From assembly GCA_022703335.1 (NCBI GenBank), contig JAKLDV010000001.1, positions 1 to 62,541 on the forward strand: a stretch of 62,541 nucleotides of DNA. Reading direction: 5' to 3'. Position 1 is the stretch's first letter. Every line of letters starts with the position of its first letter. This DNA is from Elusimicrobiota bacterium. Its GTDB lineage: Bacteria; Elusimicrobiota; Elusimicrobia; FEN-1173. Positions 55,158 through 62,541 of the stretch are shown in pieces. The notes under the pieces are model-generated. The model saw only the letters and a program-made list of their open reading frames with translations. It ran no database searches and was not told the DNA's origin. A program made the position numbers and the translations under genes.

Positions 55158-55527
55158 GAGGGGGGAAGGGGAAGAGTCATCAAGGGTTCGGGTCTCGAGA
55201 AAAGAAGGTGAACCAAGGTCCGTATTTCCCGCACGTGTCCACCCAAAACACGTCTCGGCGTTTTTGACGACATCGCGCGCTCTTGGCGAAAAAAACGCGG
55301 CCCTTCGCCGGTCCGGCCCGCGCCGTCAAACGTTCTTTCCCGGATACGGCGCATAATTTTTGGGACAACCATCGCCCGGCCGAAGAGGCCGGCGCCGAAT
55401 CGACGAAGCTCTGGGATTTTCACTTCTCCTCCAACATGCGGAACATGGAGAACACCGGCTAATTTTGTATCATGACATTCCGTCGACGTTACGCTGAAAG
55501 TCCAGCAAGGGATAGGCCCGACATGAA

Positions 55528-56019
55528 ATGATGGGAAAAATAAAAATCTATGACAAGTTGTTTGGCAGCGGGCCCGTCGGCGTATTGCTGAGCCTTGTTC
55601 TTTTGTCCGCTGCCCACCAGCTCAACAGGCGGATTCACCTTCCCCCCGTCACAAACAACCGATTCCTTCCGAGTTTGGCATTTTTTGTTTCAATTTTAAT
55701 AACGGCGGTCATCATCGTTTGGAGTGTCAAGTCGTTGCCCGTCGCCGACAGGGGCAATAAACTCTGCACGACCGGGGCATTTAAATACGTCCGCCACCCG
55801 CTTTACGCGGCGTTTCTATCGGTATTTAATTTCGGATTGGCCGTCTACCTGAACAGTTATCTTTACCTCCTTTGGGCGGTGCTTTTGCATCCCCTTTGGC
55901 ATCTCCTCATCCGATCGGAAGAAAGAATGTTGGTCGACCTGTTTGGAGAAGGTTACATCGAGTATCAGAAAAAGACGGGACGATTTTTTCCTAGACTGTT
56001 CCGGAGAGGAACAGGATAA
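55528..56019 (+). CDS. Isoprenylcysteine carboxyl methyltransferase (ICMT/PEMT) family membrane protein
   Basis: 163 aa. GAFKYVRHPLYAA..., EERMLVDLFGEGYIEYQKKTGRFFP. It is visibly lower in GC than its surroundings. Confidence 0.7.
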   Translation: MMGKIKIYDKLFGSGPVGVLLSLVLLSAAHQLNRRIHLPPVTNNRFLPSLAFFVSILITAVIIVWSVKSLPVADRGNKLCTTGAFKYVRHPLYAAFLSVFNFGLAVYLNSYLYLLWAVLLHPLWHLLIRSEERMLVDLFGEGYIEYQKKTGRFFPRLFRRGTG

Positions 56020-56194
56020 AAAATCCGGAGGAAACCTTCAAAAATTCGCCCCATCCCTCCGGCCGTGTCGCCCCCGCCGCTGACAATACAAAAAACCAAC
56101 GATCCGCCGACCCGGATTCTCCGGCCCCGTCGCCGGCCCGGCCCGCTCCTTCGACGGGGGAGTGTGGACTTATTTTTCTGATCTTTGCGGCGGG

Positions 56195-56872
56195 CTAGAA
56201 CCGGACGGACGCTCCGATGAACGGGAGAAAAAGGTGCTCGGGCGTATCGACCGCTTCTTTTTCCAAGATCGGCCCGTTCGGTGATCCGCCGCGGAACCCG
56301 GTCGTGGTCAGATATTCGCCGTGTTGGAAGACTATCAGGTTCTTTAGTCCCACGTGGAGGTGGGAATTGGAACCGATCCGGCAGGACCCCCCCACCGAAA
56401 AAACCAAAGAAGGGTCGTAGTGACTCATGTTCTGGGTGGAAATGCCTTGTCCCTCCCAGGATTGTCGGAGATAGGTCACCCCGACGCCGCAACGAAAAGA
56501 AGCGCCGAACCGGGATCCCTGCAGAAGGGCCTCCATATACGGACCGAGATATCCGCCGGACAATTTATAATTCAGCGACCAGGATCCGGTCTGGGTAAAA
56601 AGGCCCGTGATGGGTTCTTTTTTCGGGTCGAGATACGCCAATTCCGCGCCGACGTTCCAACGGGGCGACAGTGTGTGCGACACGGACAGCCACGGCATCG
56701 ATTGATGGTGGAGGAAGGTCGCGGAATCCGTCGCGGTTATTTCCGAGAGCTCGAGGGCGATCTGCCATTCCGGGCGAAGCTCGCCGGCCCCGTCGGCGCG
56801 GCCGATGGCCGGACCGTACCCGCAACAAAGACCGAAGACCACAAAAGCCTTCAGCGTATTCCTTTTGACCAT
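56195..56872 (-). CDS. Hypothetical outer-membrane beta-barrel protein
   Basis: MVKRNTLKAFVVFGLCCG signal, GGGAGGGG SD upstream of ATG 56872, alternating strands, and terminal ...IGASVRF. Confidence 0.5.
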   Translation of the reverse strand: MVKRNTLKAFVVFGLCCGYGPAIGRADGAGELRPEWQIALELSEITATDSATFLHHQSMPWLSVSHTLSPRWNVGAELAYLDPKKEPITGLFTQTGSWSLNYKLSGGYLGPYMEALLQGSRFGASFRCGVGVTYLRQSWEGQGISTQNMSHYDPSLVFSVGGSCRIGSNSHLHVGLKNLIVFQHGEYLTTTGFRGGSPNGPILEKEAVDTPEHLFLPFIGASVRF

Positions 56873-57040
56873 GATCCCCTCCCGTATCCGAATTCCCCGC
56901 ATGAGGAATCATTATATCAATCATCCGGCCGTCCGGTCGGGGCCGGCTTCTTTTCTATGTGGCTGAGGGCGGTTTTCGGGCTGGGGTGCGCGCGCAAGAC
57001 GGGAATTGAAAAACTTTTGGCCGTCGGCCAATTGGTTCCC

Positions 57041-57080
57041 AAAAAGAAAAAGGGCCTCACCCCCATAAGGGGTCAGACCC
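57041..57080 (-). terminator. Rho-independent terminator downstream of tRNA-Ala
   Basis: Minus strand reads GGGTCTGACCCC-loop-GGGGTGAGGCCC (11 of 12 positions paired), followed by TTTTTCTTTTT. Confidence 0.6.
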
Positions 57081-57108
57081 TTCGCCTCAGTTCGAGGCGC
57101 AAATTAAG

Positions 57109-57181
<73 letters not shown>

Positions 57182-57204
57182 AAAGTAACGACCATTGTCG
57201 CGTG

Positions 57205-57262
57205 GGGCAGTCCCTGACGTGCTGGAAAAAGCATCACCCTTTCCAGCGATTACGGCAGGGGC
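57205..57262. repeat. Copy A of a 58-nt direct repeat containing an imperfect hairpin
   Basis: GGGCAGTCCCTGACGTGCTGGAAAAAGCATCACCCTTTCCAGCGATTACGGCAGGGGC. Inner stem GCTGGAAA (57221-57228) / TTTCCAGC (57240-57247); outer CCCTG/CAGGG. Confidence 0.8.
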
Positions 57263-57361
57263 CCCACGCAGAGCTTTGGGATCTGCGGCACCGCATCGCG
57301 GTGACAACTCCGCAGACAGCCCCAAAAACTTCAAAATATCAGTATGAAAACAACTGTTGCT

Positions 57362-57419
57362 GGGCAGTCCCTGACGTGCTGGAAAAAGCATCACCCTTTC
57401 CAGCGTTTACGGCAGGGGC
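57362..57419. repeat. Copy B of the 58-nt direct repeat (57/58 identical to copy A, offset 157 nt)
   Basis: My manual alignment shows the same sequence as copy A except A->T at the position matching 57249. Confidence 0.8.
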
Positions 57420-57556
57420 AGCCCCAAAAAAATGTCAAAAAACTTCCGCAATTCAATGCTTCTCAGTTTCGCTGAAATTATAGCACATCCCGGGGACAGG
57501 TCGACGAAGGCGGGGCGCGATGATTTGGAAAGAGGTCGGTGTTGGGGAAAAGAGAA

Positions 57557-58000
57557 TTAAGGCCGGAGCAGTTCGAAGCCGCTGTCCGGCTCGAAAGCGC
57601 GCACGGCCGACGTATCCAGCAATTCAACCAAGATCACTTCCAGCACATGCCACACCCGCACACCCTCGCGCACGCAGCCGGTCACAGTCGCCTTCTTCCG
57701 GCCGCATGCCACGTGCATGTGCAGCACGGGCTCGCCTTTTTCGTTGGGAAAAAGGGTGCCGGTGCCGGTTACCTCATGGACGTTGTCCAAGAGGTGTTTC
57801 ATGGGGACGATCGGCTTGCTTCGGCCGGCCTTGGGCCCCACGACCAGCGTGCTGTCCGTGTCGGCCCCGCCCAAAACGACCAAAAACCCGGCCCGAACGG
57901 AATGTGTTTGGGCGAATTTTTCGATTTCCCGATGGATGATGTCCCCGTCTTCCAAACGGATGATGAAGGTCCGGCCTTGTTTTGCCTGAGAAAATTTCAT
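57557..58000 (-). CDS. PPC (DUF296) domain protein
   Basis: 147 aa. RTFIIRLEDGDIIHREIEKFA....GFLVVLGG..., GTGTLFP.EKGEPVLHMHVAC is the PCC/DUF296 pattern. Confidence 0.75.
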   Translation of the reverse strand: MKFSQAKQGRTFIIRLEDGDIIHREIEKFAQTHSVRAGFLVVLGGADTDSTLVVGPKAGRSKPIVPMKHLLDNVHEVTGTGTLFPNEKGEPVLHMHVACGRKKATVTGCVREGVRVWHVLEVILVELLDTSAVRAFEPDSGFELLRP

Positions 58001-58172
58001 GGATTCCTCCGCTTTTCAGAACTCATCGCAAAAGACCCCAACGGAAATTATATTCAATTAGTCCAATTTTTGAGGGGGACGTCAAATGGAGGGTGGCTGC
58101 GATGGCTGAAATCGAAGGGGGCCGGAGAATGTCAGGGAAACCGGCACCCGGCAAAACGGGCGCGGTTTTCGA

Positions 58173-58916
58173 TCAAGCTTTCGACGCCAACACGGCCGGC
58201 GCCTTTTCAAACCGTTGTTTCACAAGCGCAATGAGCGCGTCCACCGCGCTCTCCAGAGGGACCCGGCTCGTATTGATAACGGCGTCGTATTCCAGCGGGT
58301 CGGCCGCGTTCCGGTTGAAAAACGTCTTCACCAGCCGTTGCCGGTCCTGGTCCAGTTGGGCGACGGTGGTTTCCGCTTTGTCACGGGGCAGGTCCCTTTC
58401 GCGCATCATGTATTGGATGCGCTGTTCCTTCTCCGCCACCAGCCGCACGTGGATTCCCAGGGGCAACAGCCGCGTGACGAAAGATCCGGCCCGGCCGACG
58501 ACGACCACTTTCCCAACGCTGGCCAGGGACATGATGAGGCGGAAGATTTTCGTGTAGACCGCCACCTGCGGCGAGGTGCCGCCGATGATTTGCGACAGAT
58601 AATCGTTCAGTTCGCTGTTGAACCTTTCCGACAGCAGCGGCTCAAGGGAGGTCTTCATTTTCGGGTCGGCAAGGACGGCTTCGCAAATTTCCTGATCGAG
58701 CATGTGCCATCCTTGATAGACCGGAAGGCTTTCCTTCTCCATTCGTTTCAGGATGGCTTGCGCCAGTAAATGTCCGCCCGCCCCCGCTTCGCGGGAAATC
58801 GTGATGAAGGGATAAAGGTTTTTATGCTCGGTTTCGATGTGGACCGCTACTTTGGCCTTCAAATACTGTTGAAACTCCGCGATGGATGCCGCCAAAGACC
58901 CCGTGGAAGATCCCAT
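58173..58916 (-). CDS. Cytidylate kinase-like family (Cytidylate_kin2-type P-loop) protein
   Basis: 247 aa. ITISREAGAGGHLLAQAI (degenerate P-loop typical of this family) and VVVGRAG. GGAGG SD. Confidence 0.6.
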   Translation of the reverse strand: MGSSTGSLAASIAEFQQYLKAKVAVHIETEHKNLYPFITISREAGAGGHLLAQAILKRMEKESLPVYQGWHMLDQEICEAVLADPKMKTSLEPLLSERFNSELNDYLSQIIGGTSPQVAVYTKIFRLIMSLASVGKVVVVGRAGSFVTRLLPLGIHVRLVAEKEQRIQYMMRERDLPRDKAETTVAQLDQDRQRLVKTFFNRNAADPLEYDAVINTSRVPLESAVDALIALVKQRFEKAPAVLASKA

Positions 58917-59043
58917 AAAAATACCTCCGTGCTATCGGGTTTTCCAACATCCCTGGAATAAAAAAACCGCCACTAATGGAAGAGCCGGAGATGGTTCGCA
59001 ACTGTTAAGACAAGCACCAGCCCTGGTTGAATTTTATGGGCGG

Positions 59044-59658
59044 TTACCACCCGCGTTCTTTTTTGCACTTGTCGAGAAATTTCCATCCAAAGAGGATAGG
59101 GGTTAAGATTCCCGCCAAGAAAGAAACTCCGCCAACATAAATAATCAGTTTTGTATGTTCTTCCGAAATGCCGATGGGTTTAAATCGTTGTGCCGCCGCC
59201 GTTACTCCAAGAATAAAAACAAGAAAAGAAATCCAAAATATTTTTATTATTTCCGGAGGTGTGACCCAGGGAATTGGCATCCAGCGATGGTGCAAAAATG
59301 CACTTTTTCGGAAGGCCTCGACACTCCTGGGCCACGCGAGCAACATGGCATCTTTCATCCCGAGGATAATCTCGAGCTTTGCCAATTCAAAAACGATATA
59401 GCGAAAATTATAACCCAGGGCTAGGGAATAAATTGCACCGAGAAGAAGCGCAAGCAATACGCCAATAGTCCCAGGAACAAAAGCCGAGGCGGCTTCTTTT
59501 TTGTAGCACAACCAAATAAATCCACCAAGGGCTGGTCCGAGAATGGCGAGATATTGAAAAATTTCTTGCTCCCTGTGTCGGAGGGCTTCAAGCATGAGTT
59601 GGTGCATGTTCTCGAGCGCTGTTCGGTCATTCTGGGACGGGGGCGCTTGATTCGGCAT
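59044..59658 (-). CDS. Hypothetical 4-TM membrane protein (low-GC island)
   Basis: 204 aa. Hydrophobic helices ILGPALGGFIWL, GTIGVLLALLLGAIYSL, IFWISFLVFILGVTAA and IIYVGGVSFLAGILTPILF. CAGGAGGA SD. I recognise no family. Confidence 0.5.
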   Translation of the reverse strand: MPNQAPPSQNDRTALENMHQLMLEALRHREQEIFQYLAILGPALGGFIWLCYKKEAASAFVPGTIGVLLALLLGAIYSLALGYNFRYIVFELAKLEIILGMKDAMLLAWPRSVEAFRKSAFLHHRWMPIPWVTPPEIIKIFWISFLVFILGVTAAAQRFKPIGISEEHTKLIIYVGGVSFLAGILTPILFGWKFLDKCKKERGW

Positions 59659-59934
59659 CAGGTCCTCCTGTGGTGCTTGGTTTCAGGCAAAAACGGTATT
59701 AAATGTTACCGAAGTTGGCAGTTGAGACTTGCCTCTTTCCCTGGGGCGCGTTGCTGAATCTACCAACTATCAAGACAGGTGCCAGCTTGCACGTCCTGAA
59801 GCGGCGCCGAGGGCGAACGCCGTGGCGAATTAAGTATCCTGTCCCCGGATTTCCACCGGATTTCCACTCGTTTTTGAGACTTTTTCAGAAGCTATTGGCC
59901 GTTAGCAGGAGAGGTCGATCTTCGGTCTTTTCAT

Positions 59935-61035
59935 TTAAACCTGAATATATTTTTCTTCAATCCCATCGAGATAGCGTCCGTTGGGGAGCCCTAGCATAAT
60001 GGCAATATTTTGCCTTCTTACTGCACGCCGAAATGTTCGCACCTGGCGATCTGTCCAGTTTTCGTGGACAAAATAGTCCGTCGCTTTTTGGCCTTTAGCT
60101 CGGGGTCGATATCCATCCTGGATGCTATTTAATGGTCGAAACCGACAATCTATTACGCGTACCCCCCATCTCCGACATGCATCCAACTTGGCCCGCATTT
60201 CATCATAGCTGAGCCGATGGTTATAGAGCATGAATACAAAAATATTATCGCTGGAAAACCCGGCTGTTCGAAGGGAGAATATTTGTTCTTTAATTTGTGG
60301 CCACATCAGGTATGGCCCATCCCAGGCAATTCGCGGATTTTTAAAGTGAGCCTTTTTTAATAAAACGGCTATTCCAGGATCGCTAGTTAACAATCTTCCA
60401 TCAAGACCGCTTTGGCCTTCACATTCAACAGTGCAGCGATTAGGGAATCTAAATTCCGCGAGTTCGCCAAGAATATTTTTTATATGAGGGTTAGCCAATA
60501 GATTGTTGTCATAAAAAATTAATTTCTTTTTTTTAATCTCGGGCTGAATAGTTTTTTTGAATGACACCAGCGGTTCAACCTTCCAGGTTCCGCAAAAATT
60601 GCATCTGCGAAAACATCCGCGAGAAGCATGAATTATTTGATAATCCACATCCACCATATCGTAAGCAGGGATATAATTTTCTGCCACGCCATTGCGATAT
60701 AAACCAGGTTCAACCGTATCGCAGCCTGTTTGTTTGGCATGTTCGGGCATAAGGGACGCATAAATTCCGCCTAATTCAATTTTGGCTTTGGGGTAAAGAT
60801 TTTTATAGTAACGGACGCTTTCCCAAACATACGCCGACCAATATGTAAAAAGTGAAGTAATTTTTATTTCATCGGGATATCGTAATGCCGGGTAGTTTCC
60901 TCGATGTAGCTCTACGCGATCCCTGAGATGTCGATGATATGCTGCGATTTTTAATAATCCCACAGGCAAAAAATTTGAGTGATTTTTGCTTTTGGAGGGT
61001 ATTGGGAAATCGGGTTCTACGAGGAGTGTTTTCAT
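59935..61035 (-). CDS. Radical SAM enzyme with N-terminal B12-binding-domain-like Rossmann module (low-GC island)
   Basis: 366 aa. The N-terminal FLPVGLLKIAAY... pattern resembles class-B rSAM N-domains. CX3CX2C in ASRGCFRRCNFCG. Its ATG overlaps the TGA of the ParB-HEPN gene (61032-61035). Confidence 0.7.
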   Translation of the reverse strand: MKTLLVEPDFPIPSKSKNHSNFLPVGLLKIAAYHRHLRDRVELHRGNYPALRYPDEIKITSLFTYWSAYVWESVRYYKNLYPKAKIELGGIYASLMPEHAKQTGCDTVEPGLYRNGVAENYIPAYDMVDVDYQIIHASRGCFRRCNFCGTWKVEPLVSFKKTIQPEIKKKKLIFYDNNLLANPHIKNILGELAEFRFPNRCTVECEGQSGLDGRLLTSDPGIAVLLKKAHFKNPRIAWDGPYLMWPQIKEQIFSLRTAGFSSDNIFVFMLYNHRLSYDEMRAKLDACRRWGVRVIDCRFRPLNSIQDGYRPRAKGQKATDYFVHENWTDRQVRTFRRAVRRQNIAIMLGLPNGRYLDGIEEKYIQV

Positions 61036-62426
61036 TTTATGGATTTATTTAAAAAAATGTGATTACAGATTTCTTCGAAAATGGTTAAAACACGATTAAC
61101 TTTTAGATCGATGTTTGTGGGATGGGCACAATCGCATCGCGTGTCATATGCGCTTTTCAGCTGCTTATAATCGGCCATGTGGATAATTTTTTCATACAAC
61201 AGATAATTTAGTAATTGATAATCATTGCCATCTCTTAACCCGTCCTCGTCGGAAACTTTTCGATAATGCGTATAATTATATGGTTTACATTTTTTGTCGG
61301 CCAACTCCTTCATTCGGTCAACCGCCGAATTATATTTCGAAATATTATTTGAAATAAAATCGATTATCCGGCTAATCCCCGTAGCCCAAATCATCACGAC
61401 AGATGCCTTTAGGCATGCTGCCCGCATGCAGCTAAACGCTTCTTTAATATACGCCAATTCTTCGCTTGTCAAACTACTGCGCAGGAAACGTTTTTCGATG
61501 TCTGCCAATTTTGTCTGTTGCTGTGGCGTCGTTTTCAAAATTAACTGATGGGCGGCCGCCGGTTTATTCTTGGTAGATTTGGACTTTGATTTATGGCCCA
61601 ATCCGAACTTTTTCATAAGGGCCTTGTCGGTTTCTAAATATTCATTAAAAGCCGTTTCAATACTTTTATCTTTTGAATTTAAAAAACGTTTTATAATACG
61701 TTTTATTTTTTGATGGTTTTTTTCATCTCGAAAAACATATTTGAAGGTATCCATTAAATAGCGGCTCTTAACGAGTTTGCTATCCAATGCTTTCTGCGCC
61801 ATTATTTTTCTTATTTTATCTTCCGTATATGTAGCGACTAAATCGGGGTATTTCCTTTTCAGGGGGGTTATAAAACTCTTTTCATTTTGAATTAAATAAC
61901 TCATATCTAATTCGTCACGCAGAACCTTGTCGATAATAACATCGTCATATTTACAAAGATTCATTAAATCGTCGATCTCATGGTCTTTGTGTTTAGTAAT
62001 TTCAAGTAGCTTCTTTTTTAAATCGCCGTCTGAAATCTTCGGATTTTCTTGCATAAGATCGGCAATTATGGACTTGATGGATTTTGTTTCAGATGCTTTC
62101 TCCCATTGTTTTCGTAACATGTGAATTTGATAAGCTAAAACCCGGCCATTGGTGTCGCTATCGGCAATAATAGCAGGGGCTTTTGGCAGGCTAATTTTTT
62201 TTGCGGCGCGCAATCGTCTTTCCCCATCGATTAAAACATAGGTGTCTTTTTGTTTTGTTTCCTCCTTGACAACAAGCGGCTCAAGTATGCCGAATTCTTT
62301 TATTGATGACACCAATTTTTCGAATTCAGGATCTTTTAAAATTACTTCCTCGGATTCTCCGCGCGGGTTTTTCTTGTCGAAATGTATATTTTCGACAGGT
62401 AGTTGGGCTGGCGCAAACGAATTCAT
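61032..62426 (-). CDS. ParB/Srx N-terminal domain protein with C-terminal HEPN-like (Rx4H) domain (low-GC island)
   Basis: ATG 62426 (MNSFAPAQLPVENIHFDKKNPR...) is preceded by AAGGAG; the track ORF starts 21 codons earlier. ParB-N motifs NPR and YVLIDGERRLRAAK. The C-terminal helical domain ends ...YDTRCDCAHPTNIDL, fitting the Rx4-6H HEPN motif. Confidence 0.65.
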   Translation of the reverse strand: MNSFAPAQLPVENIHFDKKNPRGESEEVILKDPEFEKLVSSIKEFGILEPLVVKEETKQKDTYVLIDGERRLRAAKKISLPKAPAIIADSDTNGRVLAYQIHMLRKQWEKASETKSIKSIIADLMQENPKISDGDLKKKLLEITKHKDHEIDDLMNLCKYDDVIIDKVLRDELDMSYLIQNEKSFITPLKRKYPDLVATYTEDKIRKIMAQKALDSKLVKSRYLMDTFKYVFRDEKNHQKIKRIIKRFLNSKDKSIETAFNEYLETDKALMKKFGLGHKSKSKSTKNKPAAAHQLILKTTPQQQTKLADIEKRFLRSSLTSEELAYIKEAFSCMRAACLKASVVMIWATGISRIIDFISNNISKYNSAVDRMKELADKKCKPYNYTHYRKVSDEDGLRDGNDYQLLNYLLYEKIIHMADYKQLKSAYDTRCDCAHPTNIDLKVNRVLTIFEEICNHIFLNKSIK

Positions 62427-62541
62427 TTTATGCTCCTTGTGGGATAAGCGGTGGGAACTCTCGGATGTTAATGCCGGTCTGGGCAGCATAGGCTGATTAG
62501 TTGGTTTCTCCTAAATAGTGCCGGAGTTGACATTTGGCACT

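Noticed and set aside
55154-55423. 89-aa minus-strand ORF in the 370-nt gap between the beta-lactamase-like and ICMT-like genes
   Set aside because: The translation is Arg-rich and motif-less. It has no SD and overlaps the start of the hydrolase gene. It is probably non-coding promoter space.
57205-57419. The 58-nt repeats as a CRISPR array, integron attC sites or classical tRNA-3'-end att sites
   Set aside because: There are only two copies with a 99-nt non-repeated spacer and no cas genes. There are no GTTRRRY/RYYYAAC attC cores. The repeat has no similarity to the 3' half of tRNA-Ala, and no integrase is in the window. It is kept as an unexplained repeat instead.
59935-61035. The island radical SAM protein as a prokaryotic viperin
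   Set aside because: The CxxxCxxC motif sits about 150 residues in, behind a B12-binding-like domain, rather than near the N-terminus. I see none of the viperin-like C-terminal motifs. The architecture is class-B-like.

Overview
High-GC bacterial chromosomal segment (by eye well above 60% GC, not computed). It is densely coding: about 64 CDS plus one tRNA-Ala(CGC). I saw no rRNA, CRISPR array, transposase or integrase. The organism looks diderm, with several OM beta-barrel genes, two PorV/UPF0164-like barrels and a LysM tether; I cannot assign a taxon. Most of the window is housekeeping. It holds hup; an aminotransferase-hom-thrC block; an alanine/Na+ symporter; cinA and rsmA; glnA with a porin; a trio of cation transporters; and mazG plus a HAD hydrolase. 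A long minus-strand glycine-cleavage/lipoylation operon follows (lpdA, SGNH-like gene, lipA, gcvT, gcvH, gcvPA, gcvPB, lplA-like). After it come two radical SAM genes flanking a Crp/Fnr regulator, AMMECR1, an envelope/signalling cluster (barrel-coiled-coil-LysM protein, histidine kinase, pseudo-receiver propeller protein, PilZ, DUF155-like, OmpR-type regulator), rplU-rpmA-obg-proB, and ettA. Ten gene pairs overlap by the 4-nt ATGA stop/start motif. Many long ORFs in the supplied track are antisense artefacts of the high GC content. The most interesting part is the right end. Upstream of tRNA-Ala the GC content drops sharply from about 58.9 kb to the window edge. That AT-rich island carries a minus-strand operon encoding a ParB-N (GERR box) protein fused to a C-terminal HEPN-like (Rx4H) domain. 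This gene is translationally coupled to a radical SAM enzyme with a B12-binding-like N-terminal domain, and a 4-TM protein follows. I do not recognise this combination as any named defence or modification system, and it is my top candidate for an undescribed conflict system. The island is truncated by the window end.
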